A stretch of 64,000 nt of DNA from an uncultured Gemmatimonadales bacterium (lineage in GTDB: Bacteria; Gemmatimonadota; Gemmatimonadetes; Longimicrobiales; RSA9). The translations under genes and the position numbers were made by a program. The DNA is taken from assembly GCA_963708135.1 (NCBI GenBank), contig OY970192.1, positions 2,656,001 to 2,720,000 on the forward strand. Reading direction: 5' to 3'. Of the stretch, positions 1 to 9,396 are shown in pieces. A model generated the notes under the pieces. The model was given only the letters and a program-made list of their open reading frames with translations. It had not been told where the DNA came from and made no database searches. Each line of letters opens with the position of its first letter. Within the stretch, counting starts at the first letter, position 1.

Positions 1-1712
1 ATATGCCCGTTCACCGTGAAGCCGTCATCCGTGAAGGGCGTGGCGGCCGGCACGACGGAGACCGTGTAGGCCGAGGTGCCATCGTCGCCGTTGAACAGCG
101 CCCACGACGAGGGCGTCACGGTCTTGGTGAGGTCCCAGTGATAGGTGCGCTGCAGCGACGTGTTCGCCGTCTTGGTGACGACCACGTCGAGGCAGTTCAC
201 GGTCACGGTGGCGGAGTCGGAGTCGAGGACCGTGCTGTTGTCGCCGATGACCCTGGCGATGTTCTTGTGCTGGCCCTGGTCCGCGTTGCAGGTGAACACC
301 AAGTTGTAGTGGTACGTCTGGTTGCCGGTCAAGCCGCTGTGGTTCTGACTGGGGTTCGTATCCGTGACGTTCACCGTGGCGTTCTTCAGCGTGTCCGGGG
401 TCACGAAGGTGAAGGTGTCGGACTTGGCGGAAGTCACCGCCGCGGCCTGCTCGACGTTCACGGTGTTGACGTACTTGGTCGTGCCCGGGTTGCTCGCGAA
501 CGTGTGCGAGTAGTCGCAGAGGAGCGAGTTGCCCGTGGCGAGCGCGTACGGGAACGACACGTGGCAGTCCAGGGTGATCGGGATGTCACCCGGCTCGAGC
601 AGATCCGTCACCGCCGTGATGGTATCGGTCGCGCCGGAGGTGTTGTTGATGCTCACCTGGCCGGTCACGTTCCAGTTGCCGTCGGTGCTGTCCTTGGTGA
701 CGACGACCGTGTACGCCGCGGTGTCGGCCTGGCCGCCGAAGAGCGTGATGGTCGTGGGCGTCACCGACTTGGCGATGTCCCAGGTGTACGTGCGCGTGAA
801 GTGCGGGAGGGCCGTCTTGGTGACGGCGACGAAGGGCTGTTTGATGGTCGAGAACTCCTCGAACGTGGCGTCCGACGCCCAGGAGTGGCCGTTCGAGTCG
901 GTGCCGAAGCCGCCCAGGTGCGTATCCACGATGATCCAGAGCCCGCAGGGCGCGGAGGTGACGCCGTTGTAGGGGCACTGGGTCTGCTCGAAGCTGAGCG
1001 CGCTGAAGGCATCCAGGAACGCCTGCTCCGGGATCAGGATGTTGTAGTCGAGCGTCTTGCCGCTGCCGCTGGTCAGGGCGTCCGTGGCGAAGCCGGTCTT
1101 GTTGTTCAGGTCGTAGACCTTGACGCAGTCGGTGTTCGACCGGAACTGGGACCGCAGCGTGTACTGGTCGGGGTGGTCGGTCGCCGTCTGTTTGCAGACG
1201 TAGACGTCGAAGGTGTTGACCGAGATGCGCCAGTCCCCCGCGGCGTTGTTGTTTTCGTTCGCGTCCAGGATGAATTGCCGGTAGAAGTTGGCGCCGACCT
1301 TGATGGTCGGCACGTGGTTCAGCGGCAGCGCCTGAGTCCCGGACTTGTCATCGAGCGGGGAGCCGTTGTCGGTGTTGAAGCCGGTCTCCGTCGGGCTGGC
1401 CTGGACGCGCAGGAACGGGTTCAGGAGGCCGGTCCCGACCTTGAAGGGGCTCGGGAACGTCCACAGGCCGGCGTAGCCGCCGCTGCTCGTGATCGTCAGC
1501 GTGAAGGGCGTGGTCGTCGTCGGCGTGTTGTCCTGGTTCAGGTCCCAGCCGCTGTTGAAGGCCTCGAACTGGGGCGGCGCCGCCCGCGGGTTCGGGGCGG
1601 TCGGGCGGTCCGAGCAGGCGAACGCCGCTGCCGCGGCGGCCGCGACGACGGCCAGCGTCGCGGAACGCCAGAGCCAGCGCGTTCGCTTGGTGATTCCTGA
1701 AGGATTCGACAT
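1..1712 (-). CDS. Large secreted lipoprotein with repeated Thr-rich beta-sandwich-like modules (putative adhesin); runs off the window start, so it is absent from the ORF track
   Basis: Manual translation from ATG at 1712 (AGGAGA RBS): MSNPSGITKRTRWLWRSATLAVVAAAAAAAFAC-SDRP (lipobox). Frame is open to position 1. Module VTKTA..RTY.WD..K.VTP....LF.G....AYTV occurs twice, 215 aa apart. Confidence 0.85.
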   Translation of the reverse strand, partial: MSNPSGITKRTRWLWRSATLAVVAAAAAAAFACSDRPTAPNPRAAPPQFEAFNSGWDLNQDNTPTTTTPFTLTITSSGGYAGLWTFPSPFKVGTGLLNPFLRVQASPTETGFNTDNGSPLDDKSGTQALPLNHVPTIKVGANFYRQFILDANENNNAAGDWRISVNTFDVYVCKQTATDHPDQYTLRSQFRSNTDCVKVYDLNNKTGFATDALTSGSGKTLDYNILIPEQAFLDAFSALSFEQTQCPYNGVTSAPCGLWIIVDTHLGGFGTDSNGHSWASDATFEEFSTIKQPFVAVTKTALPHFTRTYTWDIAKSVTPTTITLFGGQADTAAYTVVVTKDSTDGNWNVTGQVSINNTSGATDTITAVTDLLEPGDIPITLDCHVSFPYALATGNSLLCDYSHTFASNPGTTKYVNTVNVEQAAAVTSAKSDTFTFVTPDTLKNATVNVTDTNPSQNHSGLTGNQTYHYNLVFTCNADQGQHKNIARVIGDNSTVLDSDSATVTVNCLDVVVTKTANTSLQRTYHWDLTKTVTPSSWALFNGDDGTSAYTVSVVPAATPFTDDGFTVNGH

Positions 1713-1769
1713 CGGATCTCTCCTGGCTGCCAAGGGTTTCCGTGGAGGCGGGGACAGCCTCCGCGGGCT

Positions 1770-1849
1770 CTCCCACGGCAGCCGGGCGATCTCGGAGAGA
1801 TCCTGGCTTTGCGGACCGGCCTCGCGGCCGGGGTGCCTTTGTCGGGGAG
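1770..1849 (-). ncRNA. c-di-GMP-I (GEMM-I)-like riboswitch in the leader of the lipoprotein gene
   Basis: Minus strand reads CUCCCCGACAAAGGCACC-CCGGCC-GCGA-GGCCGG-UCCGCAAAGCC-AGGAUCUCUCCGAGAUCGCCC-GGCUGCCGUGGGAG: P1 CUCCC/GGGAG, P2 with GNRA loop, conserved CGCAAAGCC junction, P3 stem, GGCUGCCG 3' motif. Confidence 0.75.
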
Positions 1850-2358
1850 CTGGGGAACGCCTTGCTGCGGCCGGGTTCCGCCGCGGCCGCTGGTCATGGG
1901 TCTACTTCAGACGGGTGGAGGCATGCGCTTACTCCCGTGGAAGGGCCGAGAAAACGCCCGCTCGAAGGCGCCGGTCGGATCTCCGACCGGCATTCGAAGC
2001 GGGCGCTCCATGCACCGGACTGCGGGCCCGTCGCGGCCTCGGCCGAGGCGCCGGACGGACATGTTCACGGCGCGAGTCTAAGGCGGCCTCGTCACGCTGC
2101 CGTCCCGTGGCCGTCACGCGGCCGTAATGTCAAGAAGAATCCCGGCGCGACATGGTGCTGCGACAGATCCGTGACACGAGTGTGGCGGGTGTCACGATAG
2201 TTCGTGGCGCCTGCTGCGAGCGGGGGATCAGTGGCAGAAAAGAGATGGGCGAGGGATGATTTCACCGTGGCTGCGGCGGCGGAGACGCGCGGTTCTGTCC
2301 GCGCGCACGGGATTCGGGCACGGGAGGCACACACGCAGGAGCACCCGCACACGGGGGA

Positions 2359-3288
2359 TCAGGCGCGCGGATGCGCCTTGTCGTAGACCTTCCTGAGGTG
2401 TTCCCGGGACGTATGCGTGTAGATCCGCGTCGTGGAGAGCGACGCGTGGCCGAGGAGCTCCTTGACGGCGAGGAGGTCGGCGCCGGCGTCGAGGAGGTGG
2501 GTGGCGAAGGAGTGGCGGAGCGAGTGGGTGGAGACGTCGGCGTCCTCGGCGACACTGTCGAGGAATCCGCCCACGATGGACTGGAGCCGGCGGGCGGTGA
2601 GGCGGCGGCGGCGCTCGGAGATGAAGACGGCGTCGCGGTCGGCGGCGGGGGCGTCGCCTCGGGCGACCTCGGCGCGGCGGAGCTCGTAGCGCCGAAGGGC
2701 GCGGACGGCGGCGGAGCCGAGGGGGACGATACGCTCCTTCCGGCCCTTGCCGCGGACCTTGACCTGGTCGCCGAGGAGGTCGAGGTCCTTCCAGTCGAGG
2801 CCGCGCAGCTCGGAGAGGCGCATGCCGGTGGAATAGAAGGTCTCGAGGATGGCGAGGTCGCGGAGCGCGCGGAAGTTGCCCTCGGCGGCGCGGGTCTCGG
2901 CAAGCGCGAAGACGGCCTCGATCTGCGGCCGCGTGAGCCAGCCGGGGAGGGTGCGCTGGAGCTTGGGGGAGCGGACGGCGCGGCCGGGGTTGCCCGTGAT
3001 ACGCTCCTCGCGGTGCAGGAACCGGAAGAAGGAGCGGGCGGCGGAAAGCTTGCGCGCAATGCTCCTGCGGGCGAGCCCGCGCCGGGTCAGGTGGCCGAGG
3101 AAGGCGCGGAGCACGAGGCGGTCCACGTCGCCCCAGCCCCACTTCCCCGCCCCGTCGCGCTGATCGAGGAACGCGGCGAGCTCGGCCAGGTCGCGGCGGT
3201 AGGCGGCGACGGTGTGGGGGCTGAGCTGGCGGCCATCCTCCAGGTGGCGGAGGAAGTCGGCGATGTCCTGGTGCGGGCTGTTGGTCAC
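2359..3288 (-). CDS. xerC: Tyrosine recombinase XerC
   Basis: LSPHTVAAYRRDL N-domain; TGMRLSEL, KGRKERIVP, HSLRHSFATHLL, LLGHASLSTTRIY catalytic motifs; topA-trmFO-xerC order. Confidence 0.9.
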   Translation of the reverse strand: MTNSPHQDIADFLRHLEDGRQLSPHTVAAYRRDLAELAAFLDQRDGAGKWGWGDVDRLVLRAFLGHLTRRGLARRSIARKLSAARSFFRFLHREERITGNPGRAVRSPKLQRTLPGWLTRPQIEAVFALAETRAAEGNFRALRDLAILETFYSTGMRLSELRGLDWKDLDLLGDQVKVRGKGRKERIVPLGSAAVRALRRYELRRAEVARGDAPAADRDAVFISERRRRLTARRLQSIVGGFLDSVAEDADVSTHSLRHSFATHLLDAGADLLAVKELLGHASLSTTRIYTHTSREHLRKVYDKAHPRA

Positions 3289-3294
3289 GGGTCT

Positions 3295-4647
3295 TCAATC
3301 TAACGGGCTTTGAACGGACGGGCACGGGGCGGGGGCAGGGATTCCGGTCTCCTCCATCCACGCGGCGAAATCACTTCTCGCGCGCTCGACCAGCGCCTCG
3401 CGGCGCATACGCTTGTCGCGGACGTGCTCGGCGAGGGGGTCGAGGAGGCCGAAGTTGGAGTTCATGGGCGAGAAGCGGGCGGGCGGGGTCGTCGCCAGGT
3501 AGCGCATCAGGGCGCCGAGCATGGTGGTGGGCGGCGGAACGACGGGGTCGAGGCCGCGCACGAGGCGGTCGAGGTTCACGCCCGCCAGGATTCCGGAGGC
3601 GGCGGACTCGGTGTATCCCTCGACGCCGGTGAGCTGGCCGGCGAAGATCAGGTCGGGGCGGGCGGCCGGTGCGCCGGCGGGCGCGAGGCTGGCGGGGAAG
3701 CTCAGGTAGGTGTTGCGGTGGATGGAGCCGTAGCGGAGGAACTCGGCGTTCTCGAGGCCGGGGATCATGCGGAAGACGCGGCGCTGCTCGCCGGTGCGGA
3801 GGCGGGTCTGGAATCCGACGAGGTTCCACATCTGGCCGGTGCGGTCCTCGCGGCGGAGCTGGAGCACGGCCCAGGGACGTCGGCCGGTACGGGGGTCGCG
3901 CAGGCCGACGGGCTTCATGGGGCCGAATCGCAGGGTGTCGTCGCCGCGCTCGGCGAGGACCTCGACGGGGAGGCAGCCCTCGAAGAAGGGGATGTCCTCC
4001 CAGTCGTGGCCCGGGTAGACGTCGGCGGCGCGGATGGCGGCGAGGAAGGCCTCGTAGCGGTCGCGGTCGAGCGGGCAGTTCAGGTAGTCGTCGCCATCCC
4101 CCTTGCCGTAGCGGGAGCCGAAGTACGCGATGTCCAGGTCGAGGCCGTCGCGGGCGACGATCGGGGCGATCGAATCGTAGAAGGCGAGGCCGTCGTCTCC
4201 GAGCAGCCGGGCGATTGCCGCGGTGAGCGCGTCGGAGGTGAGCGGGCCGGTGGCGACGACCGCCGGCCCCTCGGGCAGCGCGTGGACCTCGCGGCGCTCG
4301 ATGGCGATGCGGGGGTGGCCCTCCACGAGCTCGGTCATCCGGCCGGCGAAGCGCTCGCGGTCGACGACCAGCGCCGTGCCGCCGGGGACGCGGCACTCGT
4401 CGGCCGCGGCGAGGAGGATGGAGCCGAGCGAGCGCATCTCGGACTTGAGGAGCCCGTGCGCGTTGGTCAGGTCCTCGCTCTTGAAGGAGTTGGTGCAGAC
4501 GAGCTCCGCCAGCCGGTCGGTCCGATGGGCGGGCGTGGCGCGGACGGGGCGCATCTCGACGAGGGTGACGTCGTGGCCGCGGGCGGCGAGCTGCCAGGCC
4601 GCCTCGCAGCCGGCCAGCCCGCCGCCGACGACGCTCAGCGCCGCCAC
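3295..4647 (-). CDS. trmFO: Folate/FAD-dependent tRNA m5U54 methyltransferase TrmFO
   Basis: VVGGGLAGCEAAWQLA, ELVCTNS, GPMKPVGL, VGFQTRL, FAGQLTGVEGYTESAASG; likely GTG start at 4647. Confidence 0.93.
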   Translation of the reverse strand: MAALSVVGGGLAGCEAAWQLAARGHDVTLVEMRPVRATPAHRTDRLAELVCTNSFKSEDLTNAHGLLKSEMRSLGSILLAAADECRVPGGTALVVDRERFAGRMTELVEGHPRIAIERREVHALPEGPAVVATGPLTSDALTAAIARLLGDDGLAFYDSIAPIVARDGLDLDIAYFGSRYGKGDGDDYLNCPLDRDRYEAFLAAIRAADVYPGHDWEDIPFFEGCLPVEVLAERGDDTLRFGPMKPVGLRDPRTGRRPWAVLQLRREDRTGQMWNLVGFQTRLRTGEQRRVFRMIPGLENAEFLRYGSIHRNTYLSFPASLAPAGAPAARPDLIFAGQLTGVEGYTESAASGILAGVNLDRLVRGLDPVVPPPTTMLGALMRYLATTPPARFSPMNSNFGLLDPLAEHVRDKRMRREALVERARSDFAAWMEETGIPAPAPCPSVQSPLD

Positions 4648-4651
4648 GGCG

Positions 4652-6946
4652 CTACCCCTTCTCCGCGGCGAAGCTCTCGGGCGCGAACTCGCCCTTGCAG
4701 GACGGGCACTTGAGGAATTCGCCGCGCGCCTTGGTGCTCTTCTCGACGAGGAAGGGCCCGCCACAGTCCGGGCAGGGGCCGGGCACGGGGCGGTCCCAGC
4801 TCGACCACTTGCAGTCGGGGTAGCGGGTGCAGCCCCAGAAGGCCTTGCCGCGGCGGGTCCTCTTCTCGCCGATCTCGCCCTGGCCACACTCGGGGCAGAC
4901 GAGGCCGGGGATGGTGACCGGCTGCGTGTGCTTGCACTCCGGGTAGTTGCTGCAGGCAATGAAGGGGCCGTAGCGGCCCTGGCGCTCCACGAGCTCCGCG
5001 CCGCACTTCGGGCAGGTGAGGCCGGTGGGCTTCGGCTCCGCCCGCTCCTTCTCGTCGAGCGACTTCGTGTAGCGGCACTCCGGGTAGCCGGAGCAGGCCA
5101 GGAAGCGGCCGAAGCGATTCCAGCGGACGACGAGCGCCTCGCCGCACTCGGGGCATTCCCCCGCGTCGCCGGCGACGACCTCCTTCACGATGGCGTCGCT
5201 CGTCCTCTCGCCGTCGGCCAGCTGGCGCTGGAAGGGGACGTAGAAGGCCTCGAGCACCTGGCGCCAATCGAGCTCGCCCTCCTCGATACGGTCGAGCTCG
5301 GACTCCATCTCGCTGGTGAAGCCGACGTTGAAGAGGTCGGGGAAGACGCGCACGAGCACCTGCGCCACGGTCTCGCCGAGGGGGGTGGGGAAGAAGCGCT
5401 TCTGCTTCACCTCGACGTACTCACGGTCCGTGATGGTGGCGATGATCTGCGCGTAAGTCGAGGGGCGGCCGATGCCGAGGCGCTCGAGCTCCTTCACGAG
5501 GCTCGCCTCGGTGAAGCGGGGCGGCGGCTGGGTGAAGTGCTGGGCCGGCAGAATGCGGAGGAGGCGGCAGGGGTCGCGCTCCTCGAGGGGCGGCAGCGGC
5601 GCGAGGTCGTCCAGGGTGCGGTGGTCGCCGTCCTCGCGGGCCTCCTGGTAGAGGCGGGTGAAGCCGTCGAAGCGCATGACGGAGCCGGTGGCGCGGAAGA
5701 GATAGCGGCGGCCGCTCGAGCCGGCGAGGTCGAAGTCCGCCGTCGTCGTGTCGTAGATGGCGGGAGCCATCTGCGCGGCGACGAAGCGCAGCCAGACGAG
5801 CTCGTAGAGCCGCTGCTGGTCACGGTCGAGGAAGCGGCGCATGGCGTCGGGGCGGCGCGAGGCTTCGGTGGGACGGATGGCCTCGTGGGCCTCCTGCGCG
5901 CCCTTCTGCTGCTTCCCCTGCCAGAGGCGGGGAGAGGCGGGCAGGTAGGCGTCACCGAAGTCGCCGCGGATCAGGTCGCGGGCGGCGCCGGCGGCGCTGG
6001 CCGCGACGCGGGTCGAGTCGGTACGCATGTAGGTGATGAGGCCGACGGAGCCCTCGCCGCCGATCTCGACGCCCTCGTAGAGCTGCTGGGCCACGCGCAT
6101 GGTCTTCTGCGGGGAGAAGCCGAGGCGCTTGGCGGCCTCCTGCTGGAGCGTCGAGGTGGTGAAGGGGGCGGGCGCGTTCTTGGTGCGCTCGCGCCGCTTG
6201 ACCTCGGTGACGACGAAGGGCACGCCGTCGATGTCGTGGAGCACGCCGGTGGCCTGGCCCTCGTTCTCGAGGGTAAAGGCCTTGCCGTCGATGTGGTGGA
6301 GCCTGGCCTCGAAGCCCTGCTCGTCCTTCTCGAGCTCGGCGGTGATGGACCAGTACTCCTGCGCGACGAAGGCGCGGATCTCGGCCTCGCGCTCGGCGAT
6401 GAGGCGGAGCGCGACGGTCTGCACGCGGCCGGCGGAGAGGCCGGGGCGGATCGGCTTCCAGAGGAGCGGGCTGACCTGATAGCCGACGAGGCGGTCGAGG
6501 ATACGGCGGGCCTGCTGCGCCTCGACCTTCTTCATGTCGAGCTCGGCGGGATGGTCGAGCGCGCGCCGGACGGCGTCGCGCGTGATCTCGTGGAAGAGCA
6601 CGCGGCGGAAGCGGCCCTGGCCGTTGCCGTCGTAGCCGAGCTGCTCGGCCACGTGGTAGGCGATGGCCTCGCCCTCGCGGTCGGGGTCGGTGGCCAGGAT
6701 GACCTGGTCGGAGGTGTTGGCCTCACGGCGCAGCTCCTGGATGATCTTGCCCTTGCCGCGGATGGTGACGTAGCGCGGCTCGAAGCCGGCCTCCACGTCT
6801 ACGCCGAGCTCGCGCTCGGGCAGGTCGCGGATGTGGCCCACCGAGGCACGGACCCGGTAGCCGGGCCCGAGATATTTTCCAATCGTGCGCGCCTTGGCCG
6901 GCGACTCCACGATCACGAGGTGCGTCTTTTCAGCCGTCTTGCTCAT
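4652..6946 (-). CDS. topA: DNA topoisomerase I
   Basis: LVIVESPAKA, ATDPDREGEAI, SAGRVQT, ITYMRTDS, GIGRPSTYA, C-terminal C4 zinc ribbons; ATG at 6946. Confidence 0.96.
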   Translation of the reverse strand: MSKTAEKTHLVIVESPAKARTIGKYLGPGYRVRASVGHIRDLPERELGVDVEAGFEPRYVTIRGKGKIIQELRREANTSDQVILATDPDREGEAIAYHVAEQLGYDGNGQGRFRRVLFHEITRDAVRRALDHPAELDMKKVEAQQARRILDRLVGYQVSPLLWKPIRPGLSAGRVQTVALRLIAEREAEIRAFVAQEYWSITAELEKDEQGFEARLHHIDGKAFTLENEGQATGVLHDIDGVPFVVTEVKRRERTKNAPAPFTTSTLQQEAAKRLGFSPQKTMRVAQQLYEGVEIGGEGSVGLITYMRTDSTRVAASAAGAARDLIRGDFGDAYLPASPRLWQGKQQKGAQEAHEAIRPTEASRRPDAMRRFLDRDQQRLYELVWLRFVAAQMAPAIYDTTTADFDLAGSSGRRYLFRATGSVMRFDGFTRLYQEAREDGDHRTLDDLAPLPPLEERDPCRLLRILPAQHFTQPPPRFTEASLVKELERLGIGRPSTYAQIIATITDREYVEVKQKRFFPTPLGETVAQVLVRVFPDLFNVGFTSEMESELDRIEEGELDWRQVLEAFYVPFQRQLADGERTSDAIVKEVVAGDAGECPECGEALVVRWNRFGRFLACSGYPECRYTKSLDEKERAEPKPTGLTCPKCGAELVERQGRYGPFIACSNYPECKHTQPVTIPGLVCPECGQGEIGEKRTRRGKAFWGCTRYPDCKWSSWDRPVPGPCPDCGGPFLVEKSTKARGEFLKCPSCKGEFAPESFAAEKG

Positions 6947-6966
6947 TCGACTCCTGCTCTGGGTCC

Positions 6967-7503
6967 TCACCCGTCGTCCACCGCCACCAGCTCCGCGATC
7001 CTGCGCGCCACCTGCTCCGGGTCCGCGCCGGCCGCGTCGACCACGGCGTCGGCGCGGCTGTAGTACGGTTCGCGCTCCTCGATCAGCATCCGGGCGCGTG
7101 CCAGTGGATCCGGACCGGCCAGGAGCGGCCGGCGCACGGGATCCGCCGAGGCACGGCGGACGGCCTCCTCCGGCGTGACGCGCAGCCAGACCAGCAAGCT
7201 GCCGGGGCACAGCCGCTCCAGCAGCCCGGCCTGCGTGATCCAGCCACCGCCGGGCGCGAGCACGATGGCGGTCCGACAGCCGAGCTCGGCCGTCAGCTCC
7301 GCCTCGAGCGAGCGGAACGCGGCCTCGCCGGGGCCGGCGAAGATCTCGGCCACGGAGAGCCCGGTCCGGGCGGAGATCACCTCGTCGAAGTCGGCGAAGT
7401 CCCAACCCAGGCGGGCGGCCAGCCGGCGGCCGACCGTGCTCTTTCCCGAAGCCATAAAGCCAACGAGGACGATGCGCTGGACGCGCGGGTCAACCGCCTG
7501 CAC
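6967..7503 (-). CDS. aroK: Shikimate kinase
   Basis: [16 protein letters not shown]-loop, [16 protein letters not shown]; follows aroC; GTG start inferred. Confidence 0.9.
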   Translation of the reverse strand: MQAVDPRVQRIVLVGFMASGKSTVGRRLAARLGWDFADFDEVISARTGLSVAEIFAGPGEAAFRSLEAELTAELGCRTAIVLAPGGGWITQAGLLERLCPGSLLVWLRVTPEEAVRRASADPVRRPLLAGPDPLARARMLIEEREPYYSRADAVVDAAGADPEQVARRIAELVAVDDG

Positions 7504-8736
7504 CGCCGGGCCCCGCGAGCTCCGGCCGTCTTGCCGCGAGTCCCTCCATGTACCCGCGGTGGTTCCGCAGCAGCTCGGCCATCGAGTCGCCGCCGAACTT
7601 TTCGAGGACGGCATCGGCGAGCACGATCGCGACCATGGCCTCGCCGACGACGCCGGCGGCGGCCAGCGCCACGACATCGCTGCGCTCGCGGATGGCGTCG
7701 GCACGGCTCCCGGTGCGCAGGTCCACGCTGCGCAGCGGCCGCATGAGCGTGGAGAGCGGCTTCATGGCCACGCGCGCCACGAGGGGCTCGCCGGTAGTCA
7801 TTCCGCCCTCGAGTCCCCCGCGTTGTTCGACAGGCGCTTGTACCCACCGGTCCCCGGGAGGTTGCCTCGCTCGAAGGCGGCGGCATCCCGCTCGATCTCG
7901 TCGTGGACCTCGGAGCCGTGGCGGCGCGCGGCCTCGAAGCCGAGTCCGATCTCGACGCCCTTCATGGCCTGGATGGACATGAGCGCACCGGCGAGGCGGC
8001 CATCCAGCTTGCGATCCCAGGCGACGTGGCTGCCGAGCCCGGCCGGCAGCCCGCGGGCGACGACCTCGAAGACACCGCCGAGGGTGTCGCCGGCCTCCTT
8101 TGCGGCGTCGATCGCATCGATGATGCGTGCTTCGGCGGAGCGATCCAATACGCGGATGGGACTTTCGTCGGCGACGGCGTCGATGTCGTCGGGGTAGCCG
8201 CCCTCGGGCAGAGGCGCGTCGATGCCGCCGAGCGAGACGATGTGGCTGCCGACGCTGATCCCGAGCTCGGCGAGCAGCCGCTTCGCGACCGCGCCGGCGG
8301 CGACGCGGGCGGTGGTCTCACGGGCGGAGGCGCGCTCGAGGACGTCGCGGGCGTCATCGCGGGCGTACTTGAGGACGCCGACGAGGTCCGCGTGGCCCGG
8401 GCGTGGCAGGTGGACGCGCCTGAGCAGGTCCGGATCGACATCGGCGGGCGGCGGCTCGTGGCTCATGGCGACGCGCCAGTTCTCCCAGTCGCGGTTCCAG
8501 ATCACGAGGGAGAGGGGCGAGCCGAGGGTCTCGCCGAAGCGGACGCCGGAGATGAGCTCGGCACGGTCGCGCTCGATCTTCATGCGGCCGCCGCGGCCGT
8601 AGCCGCCCTGGCGGCGGCGGAGCTCGGGGTCGATGTCGCGCTCGGCGAGGAGCGAGAGCCCGGCGGGGACGCCCTCGACGAGGGCAATGAGACCGCGCCC
8701 GTGGGACTCGCCGGCAGTGTGGAAGCGGAAGTGCAT
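7490..8736 (-). CDS. aroC: Chorismate synthase, split by a 1-nt frameshift at ~7815-7819 (probably a sequencing error)
   Basis: [13 protein letters not shown] start, [26 protein letters not shown]. Reads NNAGDSRAE* where [15 protein letters not shown] is expected; the C-terminal part (MKPLSTL..ERSD) is ORF 7490..7801. Adding one G to a 5-G run restores the frame. Confidence 0.9.
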
Positions 8737-8770
8737 GGACGCAGGATTCGGGGTTCGGGGCTCGCGTGGC

Positions 8771-8797
8771 AAAAAGAGCCCGGCCGAAACCGGGCTC
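8771..8797 (-). terminator. Intrinsic terminator ending the pilMNOPQ transcript
   Basis: Minus strand GAGCCCGG-TTTCGG-CCGGGCTC-TTTTT immediately after the stop at 8806. Confidence 0.75.
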
Positions 8798-8805
8798 CTC
8801 GCCTG

Positions 8806-9396
8806 TCAACCACGCCTATATAACGCTCCCGCGCCGGGGCGCGCCACCCCGGGTGGTCGCGCCGGCGGCGGCGGTACGGAGGCGAGCGCCGCCGGCGGCC
8901 CGAGGACGAGCGCCGGCGCGAATGGGCGAGGGGATGCTCCCGGCCGGCGCGCGGCGGCAGCGGAGGCGGCGGCCACCGCGGCCGTGATCCGGACCTGCCG
9001 GGTTACGGCTTCGCTCACGGCGCCCGTCGTGTCGGTGACGGTGGCGGTCACCACGAGGATGCTGTCGGCCACGGCGCCGGGGAGCCCGACCAACACGTCC
9101 TGGGTGAGGCCAGTGGCGGCCGGGTCGATGGCGACCGGGATGTTCTTCTGGACGGCCGAGCTGAGCACGATGTTGAGTGCGACGATCGGGCGGCTCCCCG
9201 TCGCCTCGACGTGGACGGTAAAGGTAGCGCCGGCGGCGGCGGATTCAGGGACGGTCATGGCCGTGATCTCGGGTGCGCTGGCCGAGACCGCCAGACGGAA
9301 CAGATTGTCTCCGTTGCAGGCGCCGAGGAGTACGGCGCCGGCTGCTACGGCGGCGGGAGCAAGACGGCGGCGGCGGCGCGATTGGGCGGGCATCAT
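8806..9396 (-). CDS. Hypothetical lipoprotein, translationally coupled to pilQ
   Basis: Basic N-terminus, hydrophobic stretch, LLGAC lipobox, beta-rich body; ATGA overlap with the pilQ stop. Confidence 0.6.
   Translation of the reverse strand: MMPAQSRRRRRLAPAAVAAGAVLLGACNGDNLFRLAVSASAPEITAMTVPESAAAGATFTVHVEATGSRPIVALNIVLSSAVQKNIPVAIDPAATGLTQDVLVGLPGAVADSILVVTATVTDTTGAVSEAVTRQVRITAAVAAASAAAARRPGASPRPFAPALVLGPPAALASVPPPPARPPGVARPGAGALYRRG

Noticed and set aside
3..1700. 565-aa + strand ORF and other long antisense ORFs (e.g. 4223..7063 +, 11508..14129 +, 53183..56488 -)
   Set aside because: Shadow ORFs of real genes on the opposite strand, expected in very GC-rich DNA; no recognisable motifs.
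2359..3288. Tyrosine recombinase as a phage or island integrase
   Set aside because: Size, motifs and topA-trmFO context match chromosomal XerC; no att sites or phage genes seen.
7798..7830. aroC frameshift as programmed frameshifting or a true pseudogene
   Set aside because: A single missing G in a 5-G run of an otherwise intact housekeeping gene; a homopolymer sequencing error is the simplest explanation.
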